Origin: Vicugna vicugna
Taxonomy: Eukaryota
Length of the DNA stretch: 64,000 nucleotides
Direction: 5' to 3'
Assembly (NCBI GenBank): GCA_013265495.1
Contig: MU058687.1
Span: 3,474,001-3,538,000, forward strand
The position numbers were made by a program, and so were the translations under genes. Positions within the stretch are counted from its first letter, which is position 1, and each line of letters begins with the position of its first letter. The notes under the pieces were generated by a model. That model saw nothing but the letters and a program-made list of their open reading frames with translations, did not search any database and was not told the origin of the DNA. This document shows positions 51,598 to 64,000 of the stretch, one piece after another.

Positions 51598-52170
51598 TGT
51601 TCTGGCCATCCATTGCCATGTTATGAACTATGCCAAAACTTAGTGGCATAAAATAACTGCTCAGTCAGGACTGTCAGTCAGGAATTTGAACAGGGAACAG
51701 AGGAAATGGTTTGCTTCTGTTCTGCAATGTTGGGACCTCAGCTGGAAGACTCACAGGCGGGGGATGACTCAACATCTGGGTTTAGAATTATCTGAAGGTT
51801 TCCTTGCTGTCATGTCTGACAGTTGATGCTAGCTGTTGACTGGGACCTTTGTCAGAACACCTCCACGTGGTTCCTCCTTGTAGCCTGGGTTTCCTCACAG
51901 CATGGTGGCTGGGTACCAATGGTGAGCTTCCCAAAAGAGAGAAGCAAGTAGAAGCTGCATTGCCTTAGTTCTAACTTGACTTTGAAAGTCATACAGCATT
52001 ACTTCCACCATATTTTATTCTTTGTGGCAATCACAAAGGCCCTTTTGGTGTCAAGAGGAGAAGAAATAGATTCTACTTTTTGATGTGGTGTTGGTGTTGG
52101 TGGTGGCTAGGTTCTAAGAGCACATGGGATTGGAAATATAGTTATAGCCTTTTCTAGGAAACACACTCCA
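51598..52170 (-). mobile_element. MLT1 (G/H-like) LTR
   Basis: ccaaaacttagtggcataaaa...gggacctcagctggaagactc...ttcctcacagcatggtggctggg. Confidence 0.7.
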
Positions 52171-52659
52171 CCTATTGGGGTCATCCAGAGGACCGAGGAG
52201 CAAGGATTCCTGGATTCACCGAGGGCTTCTGGCAGGATAGTGCCATCAGCCACATTCCCCTCATTTCAGAGGGTCCTAGGAAGAGTCAAGAGCTTTGGCA
52301 AAATCCCTGGTATCCCCCTGACACACTGACAAGCAACATGGGGTGGTGAAAATCTCCCTCAGTTATGACTTAAAAGGCCTATGATTTGACTGACATGTGA
52401 TTTGGACAGGCCACTTGATCTATTTAGGTCTCAGTTTCCCCTCCCTGACAGAGGAGAAGTTGTTCAGAAGTAGATCTCTTGTTTTCTATTCCTTTGTAGT
52501 AGGGGATTCTTTTCCTTTTTAATACATTTTATTTTCAAACGGAATGTCAGGTGTATCCCAATATGTGAAATGAATAAAGTTCACTGAAAGGGGTATTAGT
52601 GGTGTACATGCCCACTTGACCCTTTCCCCGCAGAGATTCTCCATGGAAACTCAGCACTC

Positions 52660-53533
52660 CTCAGAGCACATTTGAACAACCTTGAGCTTTGATTCTGGTC
52701 ACCAGTGCTGATGTGTGGGTTACTTCCCCACACCAAGCAATTCTTCAAAACCAGCTGAGTGTCTTACAGTTTAACTCAGTTCTGACACTGTCCACCTGGA
52801 GATGGCATCAGATTCCACAGGTTAAGGGCTCAGTCTCACAGGACTGCCATCCACTTCAGATGCCAGTTACAAGTCCAGGTTGTTGCCTGTGCTTCTTGTG
52901 ACCAACTGGCTGTAAACCAGAGGTTCCCATGACCCCCTCCTTGGGCTTGATTAATTTTCTAGAGCTGCTCACTGAACTCAGGAAACTAGTTTACTCACCA
53001 GATTACCAGTTTGTTACAAAGAGTATCAAAGGATATGAATCAACAGCCAGATGAAGAGATACGTAAGGTGAGGTTTCAAACAAAGGATCTTCTGTTCTCG
53101 TGAGGACTGGGGCCCAGCGCAGTGGCACATGGAAGGGTTCCGGTACCCCAGCTTGGAAGCTCTCTGAACCCCCTCCTTTTATGGTTTTATTACAGGCTTC
53201 ATTACACAGGCATGATTGATTAAACCATTGGTCACTGACAACTGACTCAACCTCCAGTCCCTCTCCCCACCCTGGAAGCCAGGGGGTGGGACTGAAAATG
53301 TCAACTTCAGTATGCACTGTGGTTTTCCTGGCACCCAGCCCCCATCCTTAGGTGCTTTCCAAGAGTCACCGCATTAACATACACTTAGGTGTGGTTGAAA
53401 GGGGTTTGTTATGAACATGGAGACACCTTTATGACTCTTATCACTTAGGACATTCCGAGGGTTTCAGGAGCTCTGTGCCAGAAATAGAATGAAGACCAAA
53501 CATATATTTCTTACTATAAATCACAGTTTCACA
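52660..53533 (-). mobile_element. MER21-type LTR
   Basis: ctggagatggcatcagattccacaggttaagggctcagtc...gaagaccaaacatatatttcttactataaatcacagtttcaca. Confidence 0.85.
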
Positions 53534-53924
53534 GCCAAGATGTTTCCTAGGAGTCTCCAGGGTGTGATTGGGGTGAGAGAGGAAAACCCACCACCCAGCT
53601 CTCAGATTTTCCTCCTGAGGAGTTGCTGCTTCCTTCTGCCTTCTGCTTCCCTGGCTCCCACCTCTCAGCCATCTGTTGTTGAAGGACCGGACAGGTGTTC
53701 TGGATGCCCCAAATCCCACAAATACCTGGGAGAACAATATTTAAAGAGCAGGGACATCTACTGGTATTGTTGGAATTTGGGGCCCTTCCCTTTCCTGTCA
53801 CTCGGGCCAGACCAGCTGGGTCTGGGGAGAAACTGGGAACTCTCCAGAAAGGCCTGGGGGCTCTGGAGATGGTGGTCTCCACGGTTCCGCCTTTCAGGCC
53901 GTGGGGGTTACTCTGGCATCAAGA

Positions 53925-54204
53925 GCCCGCCCCTGGAATCTGAGGGAGAAGTGAGGCTGGGCCTACCCAAACCACATGGATTCCCAATGGGGAGGAAAAT
54001 TTAAAGGGAAATAACGCAGCAGGGATGCTGCACAGGTGGAAACAGCAGATGCCTGTCACAGACTCAGAGCACTCAGGGGAGGGCTCAGTCCCTGGAAATG
54101 CCCCTTATCGTCCCGTTTTTATACTCGGCCTGTCCTTCAGTACCCAACCCACATCCATCAGCTCCGTGACACCTGCACACCTGTGCTAGGTGCTCTTATA
54201 GTCT
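53925..54204 (+). repeat. Copy 1 of a diverged ~270-bp direct duplication
   Basis: Collinear with 55511-55778 (gcccctggaatctga, ccaaaccacatgg, gatgctgcacaggtg, cccgtttttatactc, ttcagtacccaaccca). Confidence 0.9.
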
Positions 54205-54339
54205 TTCCCTTCTCAGATGCTCTCAGTCGCTTTCCCCACCTCTCTCCCTCTGCCTCGCTTCCCAGCCCACTCCCACCCCCACTTTTTCTCTCCCACATTC
54301 TCTGCTCCCTATCTTTGTCTCTTCATCCCCTTCTCTCTT

Positions 54340-54760
54340 TAAAAAAAATCAATCCACAGAGTGATTAGATTTGCAAATGAGCGGGCAGGAAACTGGGAAC
54401 AAAGGGAACCAGAGCCGAAGAGAGAGCAGGTATAATTACTGTAATTAACTCAAGCAGCAGGGACACATCCCCTCGTTGGCGGCGGCTGCTGCGAAGTGCT
54501 GTGAGGCACCGCAGGGGACCCGGCTGAGGGGAGCCGTGCGCCCCCAGGAAATGTGGATGACTCCCTGTCTGCAGGGCTGGGACTCTTCATGGGGGCCCTG
54601 GCTGGGAAGCTCCTCCTGAAGCAGGTGCCTGCGTGAGGATCTGTCTCATCTCTCCTGGGCTTGGCAGGAGCGGGGAGGAGGAGCGATCCAGGCTCAGAGG
54701 ACATGATATGATCTCCTGGCCGCAGGGTGGGGCCAGAGAACAGAGTCGCCTCTTTCCTCT
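54340..54760. promoter_or_regulatory. Enhancer-like, CpG-containing block
   Basis: AATCAATC, palindromic ATTTGCAAAT 54369-54378 and TAATTACtGTAATTA 54433-54447, followed by a GC/CpG-rich stretch. Confidence 0.35.
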
Positions 54761-55117
54761 TTTACCTGACACTTAGCTCTTTACCTGCTTCATGACATCC
54801 TGAGAGCCTGCTCTGGTCTCCCTGGGATCCAAACATTTCTAGAGACCTTGGAGGAGGAACATCTTTCTGATCCCGTGAAACCATCATATCTGCATCCCCA
54901 ATATACACCTCCTGTTGTTGATAAAATGTTATCTACCTTTTGAGATATATTTGAAGCTAAAGCCATTTCTGTGAAGTCTATACTGATTTCACTCTCTACA
55001 GAAGCCCTTGTCTCTTTTATGGACCTTGCTTCACTGTACCTCCCCTCCAACTCCTATGCTATGGAGAAGGCAGACAGACCCCATCTTTTGATTCGTGGAG
55101 TTTATCACTTCTGTGGG

Positions 55118-55650
55118 TCTGTGTCAGTCAGACCCCTCTCACCTGCCAGTGACAGAAACCCTAACTCAAACTGGCATAAACAACAAAGGGAATTTATTAG
55201 CTGGAGTAACTGAAGAGTCCAGGGATGGTTGGAGGCAGGCCCAAATATTATCACTGGATCTCTCCCCCTCCTGTCCCCTTTCTTCAGTGTGGGTTTCACT
55301 CCCAGCCAGGCAGACCTCTCCACAATGTAGCCCCAGCATCTCTAAGCTAACATTCCTAGAGCCAGCTATCTTAGGGAGAGGGTTTCTCCTTCCAAAATTT
55401 CCAGCACATACCTGAGGTTGTGTGTGAGATCATTGGGCTGGACTGGGTCCGGAGCCAATCCCTGAGTTGGGGGAAATGAGGTCCAGTGATTGACCAGACT
55501 GACATTAGGTGCCTGCCCCTGGAATCTGAAGAAGTTGGGCCGACCCTATCCAAACCACATGGGTTCCCAGTGGGGAAGAAAAGTCAAAGGAGAAGAAAAG
55601 AACACAGCAGAGATGCTGCACAGGTGAAAACGGCAGATGCCAGTCACTGG
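55118..55650 (-). mobile_element. MLT1K/L-like LTR
   Basis: agtgacagaaaccctaactcaaactggcataaacaacaaagggaatttattagc. Confidence 0.65.
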
Positions 55651-55778
55651 TTCAGAGCACTGCTGAGGGCTCAGTCCATGGAACTGCCCCGTTTTTATAC
55701 TCAGCCTGTCATTCAGTACCCAACCCATGTCCTCCAGCTCTGTAACACCTCCTTACCTGCTCTGGGTGCCCATAATCT
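55511..55778 (+). repeat. Copy 2 of the ~270-bp duplication
   Basis: Matches 53925-54204 and spans the apparent MLT1 end plus its flank. Confidence 0.9.
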
Positions 55779-57335
55779 GAAACACTTAACCAAGCGCATA
55801 CATTTATGCTGCCTTATCATGATCTTTATATTTTCATTTGTTACAGCCACATATAAGCAATAAGATTACAGACCCACTAGGAGCAGGGATGTGACCACCC
55901 TTGTATGCCTCCCTCCCACTCTGGTACAGCCCTGGGCACCAGGACAGCACCATGTTGAACCAAGCACAGAATGCAGATCTGAGAAATGGCTGGGTCACTT
56001 AACAGCTGTGTGACCTTGTGGGGTCCCCTTACCTCTCTGAGACTCGGTTTCCATATATAGAAGTTGGGGCTGTGAAAACACCTATTTTACAGAACGATGA
56101 AGAACAAAGGAGATAATATGTGTGGAAGTACCTCCCACTCTCTTCTCTGCTAAGCCCGGCCTGTCTTCCTCCAGTTACATGATTGGATATTTAATTACTG
56201 GTGAGGTAAGAAACAGGCATTGACCTTCCTTATTTCTGTGATGCTGAGCTCTACAGGCGTCCCTCTGCCTTCCCAGCCGTTTGTTTTTATTTTCCTGGCC
56301 AGCTGCTCTTACTTTTTCATCTTCCTTTTAGATGATGTGCACGTGCAAGGCCAGTAGCACAGGCTCAGGTCCTGGGTTGCCCCCACTGGGGTTGCAGTTA
56401 TGCCACTTGCTAGAGTGAAACATCAAGTGAGTTATTTTGCCTCTCTGTGGGCTAATTCCTCATCTGTAAAGTGAGAAATCTCAGTAGTGTCTACCTCATG
56501 GTGCTGGACTGAATGAATTAATTTGTATAAGGCACTTAGAATGGGACTTGGTGGGGAGTAAGTGCAATAAAACTGTTAATTATTATTCTTGTTTTAATGT
56601 TTCAAACTGATACACATTATAGTTCAGCATCAGGGCCAGTCAATCTTTCTCCGTAAAACTTCTCAAGTTCATTCTTTCACTGCTTTCCATCCCTACTCCT
56701 AATGTCTTAACTCAGTCCCTCATCATTTCAAGCAAGGATTACTCTCATATCCTTTTAATTGGTCTCCCTCACCTATCTTGCTTTCTAATCTATTTTCCAC
56801 ACAAAAATCTGATCATATGTCTCCCCTGTTTTAAGTCTTTGAATAACATCCCACAATGATCAGGATACAAAGTCCAAACTCTAGGGCATGACATAAAGTG
56901 TTTCATGATTTTTTTCTCTTGCTTATTTCTTTAGCCTAATCTGTCTCCACTGACCCCTCAAGTCTGGACACATCTGCTTTGTCTAGAATGCTCCTTATGT
57001 CTGTCTAGAATGCTCCAACTTCCTCTTTCTTTTCTCTTGGCCACTTCTTTGGCATCCACTGAGCCTCAGTTTAGGCATCACTCCTCACAAAGTCTTTCTG
57101 GATGTCTAGCCTCTCTCCCCAGGATGGTGTAGATGTCTTACCTAGAGCACCCAGGGAATGTCTCTAACCTAGCAGTTGTCAATTTGCATAATTGTCTGTT
57201 TCCTTCACTGGACCATAAACTTCTTTAAGGCAGGGATCCCATGTTCGAATGCCTAGCTCTTGGTACAGCTTCTGGCACCTCATCTGGGCTCAGTGCTTGT
57301 TGAATGAATTGAATAATGATAATCCCTACTGAATT

Positions 57336-57995
57336 TGTCAGGCCTCTTCTGGTTGCAAGTGACAGAAACTGGCATTAGGTATAACTGGATCCTGGTCCTC
57401 AAATGATATCATCAGGACCATGTCTCTCTCCAGCTCTTGGCTTCACTTTCCTCTGTCTTGGTTTCATTCTTATGCTGGCACCCTAAAAATGACCATCAGC
57501 AGCTTCAGTCTATTCACTTAGCAATCCTAGTGAAAAGTTGGTGTTTCTGTCCCAACATTTTCAGCAAAATTCTGGACACTACTCTCATTAGACCAATTTA
57601 CTTGCTATCCCAGGGTCATGAAATATGGTGATTGGTCAGAAACAACAGAAATTTATTTCTTACAGTTTTGGAGGCTGGGAACTTCAAGACCAAGGTACTG
57701 GTAGATTCTGTATCTATCCACTTCCCAGATGGTCATCTTTTGCTACAACCACACATAGCAGAAAAGATGATGAAACTCTCTGGGGTCTCATATAAGGGCA
57801 CTAGTCTCATTTCCGAGGGCTCCATTCTTATGACTTAATCACCCCAAAGGCTCCAGCTTCTAAGACTGTAGTAACATGCCCATCTCTGGAGCTGGGGGAT
57901 GGAGTCATGGTCACCTGACACAATGGATGAGTGGAGGAGGGATGTTTCCCCCCAAAGAAACATGGGTTAGAGGGAAGCAAAACCAACATTGATGC
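57336..57995 (-). mobile_element. Old MLT1 LTR with a nested MLT1A-like fragment (about 57636-57870)
   Basis: tggttgcaagtgacagaaac at the start; inner aacaacagaaatttatttcttacagttttggaggctggga. Confidence 0.6.
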
Positions 57996-59694
57996 AGAAG
58001 TGCCAGGTACTGCTAGCTCTCATATAAACATTTCAGGTAATCTTCACAGTGATCTAAAGAAACCCATTCTACAGATGAGAAACCTGAGGCTTGGAGTGGT
58101 TCAGTGACTTGGCTGAGTCACAAAGCTTACAAGAGGTGGAACCAGCTTCTCACTTGGACAGCCTGACTCCAGAGCCTTCCCCCCTTTAAAAAAAAAGATT
58201 TAAAAAAAGGAATACATACACACAGTAAAAACTCCAAACAGCACAAAAAGTGTACAGTGAACAGGTAGTTATATTCAAGTCCTGACTCTGATCCCCAACC
58301 TCCCCTTTTCTGCCCCCGAGTCATCTACCCGAGAGGCCTCACTTCTACACTTTATTATGCCAATCCAAAACAGTCTTTCCATCAAGGTTCTATTTTGTAC
58401 CCACTTCCTAGGGTTCTACCCCATGCCCAGTTTATTATGAGGTCTTTCTAGGGCTGGCAGGAACATGAACCAGTTCCAGCCTGGTGTGAAGTCGGGAAAT
58501 TGTTGGGCACGGCTTTGTGGTGGTTCTTTCCCAGTCTCTGGTAGCTTCTCATGCGTGAGCTGACCCGTACTCAGGCCATGAGAGCCCAGTGGTCGTGGAG
58601 AGGACCTTCTGGCAGTAAGCAGGGGCAGTTAGTTGTAGGGCCTGCCTCCTTCTTTTCCTTCTCCAGCCGTCAGCGACCCTTCCAGCACTGTCGGCTGCAC
58701 AATGTCTGAAACTGTTGTTTCCTTTTGTCGTCGTCTTTTTTTTTTTTTTAAGCTGTTTAAGGACGGATGGTGGCTCTGGTTCCTATTAATGCATCATGGC
58801 CAGAAGCAGGGCTACTTTCACCAGGATTTATGAATCCTTCCAGAGATATGCTGTGCATAAACAAATATGTACGTCCCCTCTTCTTTATGTACGTGGTACC
58901 CGTTGCTACAGTTTTGCCCCTTACTCTTGTCACTTGTTACCCACAGATTGTTTCGCATGGGCTGACCTCACTCTTTTAAAGGCAGAGCCTGTACTCCTAA
59001 CCGCTACTCTGGTCGGCCTCACTGAATGATGGCTAAGTTATTATTGGCTGTAATTGATGCTTGATGAATAGTCGATGAGTTGAATAAATTATGTTGAAAC
59101 TGCACCCAGGTGGCTGGGCTCTCACACTCCGATGACTGAAGGGACTGGGACACGCCATGTTCAGTCTGGGGTCCTTTGTATTCCAGACCGCTCCGTCCTC
59201 TCCTTTCATGTCTCTGAAGAGGTTCTTCTTGCTTTCTGGTCTGTGGGAGGCTGAGGCCTAGTAATATTTAAACCCCAGCTCTTGTCTCTTGTCTCTCATT
59301 TCATAAGAATCCAGTTTTTATGATGAAACCAGATCCACTGTATGAAAAGAGGCGCATATGTACCTACCTATTCAGGGAAACACTGTGGTATAGAAGTGTG
59401 CCTGGACAGTGCCTGGTACCTAGAAGCTCAGCAAATACTTTCTGGATGAACTTGGGGCTCACTTGTGTCTCATGCATTTATTATCCAGCCCCCCTCCCCT
59501 CCAAAAGTTCTGGTTGTCTAACATCTATTCAGGGTCTACTAAGTGATGCTGTCAAAGATGAGTATGTAGAGATAATTCATCGACTCATTAATAAAAGTAA
59601 AGCATTTGAAATACCCAAAATATTCATAGCAACAGAATTTTGTTAAATTTGTGAAACAGAGTTATTAAATAATGGTGAACGATTGGTATATAGC

Positions 59695-60050
59695 ATTAGT
59701 ATTACCTTAGGCTGTTTGGGCTGTAACAAAACCATCACAGACTGGGTGGCAGTTAAACAAAAATTTATTTCTCACAGTGCTGGAGGCTGGGAAGGCCAAG
59801 ATCAGGGCTCTGGAAGATTTGGTGTCTGATGAGAACCTGCTTCCTGGTTCACAGATGTCCATCTTCTTACTGCATTCTCAGATGGCAGCTGGGCTAGAAA
59901 GCTCTCTGGGGCCTCTTTTATAAGGGCACTAATCCCACGCATGTGGGCTCCACCCTCATCACCTCCCAAAGTCCCCACCTCTTGATAGTGTCACACAGGG
60001 GCATAGGATTTAATATATGAATGGGGGGCATAAATATTCAGTCTACAGCA
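59695..60050 (-). mobile_element. MLT1A-type solo LTR
   Basis: Antisense relative of 8546-8920 (aatttatttctcacagtgctggaggctggg...tattcagtctacagca). Confidence 0.85.
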
Positions 60051-60485
60051 AGTATATAGCTCTTAAAACTGTGTGTGTGTGTGTGTGTGAGATACACAGC
60101 TTAACATGACCCCCAGATGCAAGCTAACCACTTCATTTGGGCTTTAGCTGACTTTCTCTTACCTCTTTGGAAGCTAACACAGCGTGAAGTACAAGTTCAC
60201 GACGTAACATTTCTTAGTTCTCACAGCAGCCCCACAAGGCAGCTTTATTTGCCTCGTTTCTGCAGAAGAACTAGTCAAGGCCATTTAGCTAATGTATGGA
60301 GGAACTAGGATTTGCATTCATGTCTTTCTGAACCTAAAACCTCAGCTCCAGCTGTCCGAGGGGCTAAGATATTTTTCCCAAAGTGTGCTCTGCTCCTACC
60401 AATTGTTACAAGGAAAATGGTTCCCTGTTCTCAAGGATGTTTGCTTTTATGTTGTGATTTAAAGTGGGAGACAGCTCACACGGTA

Positions 60486-60973
60486 CAGGCACACCTGGTT
60501 TTATTGGTATTTATTCACAGTTACTGCTTTTTTTTTTTTTTAACAAATTGGTGGTTTGTGGCAACCGTGAGCCAAGCAAGTCTATTGGTGCCGTTTTTCC
60601 AACAGCATTTGCTTACTTTGTGTCTCTGTCACATTCCAGTAGTTCTTGCAATATTTCAAACTTCTTCATTATTACTACATTTGTTATGGTGATCTGTGAT
60701 CAGTGATCTTTGGTGTTATTATTGCAAAAAGATTACAACTTGCTGAAGGCTCAGATGCTGTTTTGCATTTTTTAGCAGAAAGTGTTTTTTAATTAAGGTA
60801 TGTACTTTTTTTTTTTTTGGACATAATGCTATTGCACACTTCATAGACTACAGTATAGTGTAAACATAACTTTTATATGCACTGGAAAACCAAAAACATG
60901 ACTTGCTTTATTGTGATATTAGCTTTATTATGGTGTCCTGGAACTGAACCTGCAGTATCTCCAAGGATGTCTG
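60486..60973 (+). mobile_element. Tigger1 internal-deletion derivative (TcMar)
   Basis: TA|caggcacacctgg ... ccaaggatgtctg|TA: terminal inverted repeats with TA TSD and both Tigger1 ends joined. Confidence 0.9.
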
Positions 60974-61861
60974 TATTTCCTAGTGTTTGCCTGTGGTTGG
61001 GAGAGGAGGTTTTAACAGATGGTGGCTGGGTTGACACCTTGGTAAATAAGGTAGTCATTTATAAACCTGCCTGGGTTGCAGAAATTTGGAATATCAAGAT
61101 GAGGAGGGCTTCAGAAAGAATGATTTAGGTCTACCTCTTCATTTTACAAATGAGGAAATTGAGGCAAACGGAGACTGCCTTATCCAAGGACACCACTTGC
61201 TTTGGCTCAGAGAGAACTAGAACTTCCTGACTCCTAGTCCAGTGCTCTTTACTCCTTATGCAAATAAGAGGACGGGTTTTTAAATTTCCTGGCAGTCAGT
61301 GAGTGGTTTCATGTATTATGTGTGTTTCCCCTCTGTTTGCATTTCTCTATGTTTTAGCTTGTGTTCTTACTCTCTTTGTCTCAGGCTTCCTCCTGACTGT
61401 ATTTAAGTTCACAGCAAAATGGCAGGTTGATCCATAGAAAAGCGGGAAAAAGAGTTGAGCAGAAGGGGCCTTAGGATGTAGGACTACAGCCTTGCATCAA
61501 CTCTGATGGGGATAGCTGTGCATTAATGCACACTGTGTTTGTAACTATGTAGTACAGGTAAGAGTGTACAGGTGAATCGTATCAGGGATGCTTCCTGTTT
61601 AAAGACCACCATGGCCACCCTTAGCCTTATCCGTTCCATCTCTAGAAGTTTATCTTACAAAGATGTGTGCATAAGGATTTTTTAAAAAACATTGTCTTCA
61701 ACAGCAAGGGACTATAAACAACCTAAATATCCGCTGAAAGGGGGATGGTTATTAAAAACCATGGTACATCCATACAGTGGAGTATACATGAGATGCAACA
61801 TGGCAGATCATATGGGCTCACATGGTGCAACCTACAAAATGTATTAAGTGAAAAATAAGAT

Positions 61862-62480
61862 GTGTGTGTCTTGGTTTGGGTTCCCTGAAAAGAGAGCCTC
61901 AGACAAGTACTTGGTGCAGGTAGTTTATTTAGGAAGTGATCCCAGGAAAAATAAATGAGAGAGTAAGACAGAAAATGCAGATAAAGAGTGTATACTGAGT
62001 AGTATTCCATTGTATAAATATACTACAACTTCTTTATCCAGTCATCTGTTGATGGACATTTAGGTTATTAAGGGATAAATTGGGAGTTTGATTTTCAGAT
62101 ACTGACTACTATATATAAAATAGATAAACAAGAAGTTTTGCATACATAGCACAGGGAACAGTATTCAATATTTTGTAGTAACCTATAATGAAAAAGAATA
62201 TGAAAATTAATATATGTGTGTATATGTATGACTGAACTATTATGCTGTACACCAGAAACTGACACAATATGGTAAACTAACTATACTTCAATTAAAAAAA
62301 AATGGGTGTATACTGAGTTGTTGCTATAGCTAAGGGAAGCCCAAATAAGTCCAAACCTTTGGAAAACACACAGAATGTCTCCCAGAATTGTCTGTTTTGG
62401 TAGGAAGGAAGGCTGGGGCATTTGTTAATGAAGCTTGTCCTGCATTGGTCAAGGTTGTTCTGGGGTCTTAACTGCCTCCT
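61862..62480 (-). mobile_element. LTR16-like LTR hosting an L1 insertion
   Basis: tgtcttggtttgggttccctgaaaagagagcctcagacaag...gtagtttatttaggaagtgatcccagga. Confidence 0.65.
62001..62302 (+). mobile_element. 5'-inverted (twin-primed) young L1
   Basis: Antisense segment to about 62066, then sense 3' UTR and poly-A; 13-bp TSD gtgtatactgagt at 61988-62000 and 62306-62318. Confidence 0.9.
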
Positions 62481-62799
62481 CCTATATCTTGTAATATAAA
62501 AGATACCTAATTGCATGTAAACAAAAAGTATATATGTATATATATACACACAAAAATGTGTATTTGTGTATGTATAGCTACATAAATATTCATGTACAGA
62601 TATCAGTAGAGAGGTGTATTCACACACACACACAGGCGATTTTGAATAATGCATAAAATCACTGGGAATAGTGGTTACTTTTGGGTAGGGAGATGGGGTA
62701 TTTGGAGGCCTGGACATTTGGTGTGGGAGAGAGCTAATTTTTCAATGTCTAGCTTTTTGTAATAATTACTGTTTTATATGAGTGCATTTTTTTAAAAAA

Positions 62800-63950
62800 A
62801 AACCAATGTTTTAATTTTGTTGAGGTATAACTTACGTTTAATAAAATGTACCTATTTTAAGTGTACAGTTTAATGAGTTTCAATGAACATATACACCCAT
62901 TTAACCACCACTACAAAAGAGATATAGAACATTTCCAATGAGCTGCCAATTGGCTTTTTGAAGTCAGTCCACTCCTCTCACCCTAGGTAAACACTGATCT
63001 GCTTTGTGTCACCTTTAATCTGTCTTTTCTAGAGTTTCTATAAATAAAGTCATACACTATGTACTTTTTTTGTGATGGGCTTATTTTGTGCAGTATAATG
63101 TTTTTGAGAATTATCCATTTTTTATGTCAATAGTTTGTTCTTTGTTATTGCTGAGTAGTATTCCACTGTAGTGATATGACAATTTTTTTACCATTCACTT
63201 TTTGATGGACTTGTGGGTTGTGTCTGGCTTTGAGTTTTTATGAATAAAAGTTATCATGAAAAAGTCACAAACACTTACAACAAGGCTTTGTGCAGATATA
63301 TATTTTAATTTTTATACCACTCTGGTAATTTTTTTTTAAAGTTTTTATTTTTTTGTTTGTTTTACTTTTGTGGGGGAGGTTATTAGGTTTATTTATTTTT
63401 AATGGAGGTACTGAGAATTGAACCCAGGACCTCGTGCATGCTGAGCAGCTCACTCTACCACTGAGCTATACCCTCCCCCTTTTAGTTTTTATTGTGTAAA
63501 TACCTCGGGGGTTGCAGGGTCATGTAGTAAGTGAATATTTATTAAAAAATTGCCAAAGTTTCCTAAAGTGCTATATTATTTTGCATATCTACCAACAAAG
63601 TAGGGAATTTCCAGTTGTTCCACATCCTTGCAGTACTTGGTATTATTTCTTTTTTTAATTTTAGCTATTCTAGTGGGTGATAGTAATATCTTTTGGTTTT
63701 AATTTGCATTTCCCCAATGAAGTGGAGCATATTTTCATTTGCACGTTTGCCATTTATATTTCTTTTGTGAATTGTCTGTTCAAAATTTTTGCCTATTTTT
63801 AACTGAGTTAATATCTCAGTATTATAAAGAGTTCTTTATGTAATCCAAATACAAACCTTTTGTTAAATGTATGTATTGCATATATCTTTTTCTTGTCAAT
63901 GGCCATACCCCACCCCACTTTTTTTTTAAATGCTGTCTTTCAAAATTTAG
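62800..63950 (-). mobile_element. Old L1M 3' region with a nested SINE
   Basis: ttgaggtataacttac...tgctgagtagtattccactgta...ttttaatttgcatttcc. Confidence 0.8.
63350..63479 (-). mobile_element. tRNA-derived SINE (Vic-1-like) with intact A and B boxes
   Basis: Minus strand GGGGAGGGTATAGCTCAGTGGTAGAG...GGGTTCAATTC...A-rich tail; possible TSD agtttttatt at 63340-63349 and 63484-63493. Confidence 0.85.
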
Positions 63951-63954
63951 GAAG

Positions 63955-64000
63955 ATTTATTTATTTTTTATTGAAGTAAAGTTGGTTTACAATGTTGTGT
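63955..64000 (-). mobile_element. Young L1 3' end cut by the window edge
   Basis: ttttttattgaagtaaagttggtttacaatgttgtgt. Confidence 0.7.

Noticed and set aside
56980..57016. 15-bp direct repeat tgtctagaatgctcc
   Set aside because: An ordinary slippage microduplication within L2-like sequence
61517..61532. 16-bp palindrome tgtgcattaatgcaca
   Set aside because: Within chance expectation and has no supporting context

Overview
Repeat-rich, gene-poor mammalian genomic DNA, probably from a camelid (inference). Three tRNA-derived SINEs begin GGGGAGGGTATAGCTCAGTGG or a variant of it, there is a Tigger1 deletion derivative and a shared young L1 3' end, and I saw no Alu, Bov-A, Bov-tA or PRE SINEs. 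I cannot identify any protein-coding gene. The ORF track is mostly chance ORFs or decayed L1 ORF2. Much of the window is interspersed repeats (L1, L2, MIR, MaLR/ERV LTRs, hAT and Tigger DNA transposons), often nested. The repeat-free islands look regulatory: a CpG-rich promoter-like segment (about 13150-13700), three enhancer-like blocks (about 18.8, 22.0 and 54.4 kb) and several isolated exon candidates. The most unusual structures are a MER53 whose inner hairpin is duplicated in inverted orientation, a twin-primed L1, a SINE whose B box was replaced by a fold-back and a duplication, a young 51-bp minisatellite, a CpG-rich solo LTR, and a diverged ~270-bp duplication. I found no convincing new biological system. 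Repeat family names come from my recall of consensus sequences, not from a search, and most boundaries are approximate.
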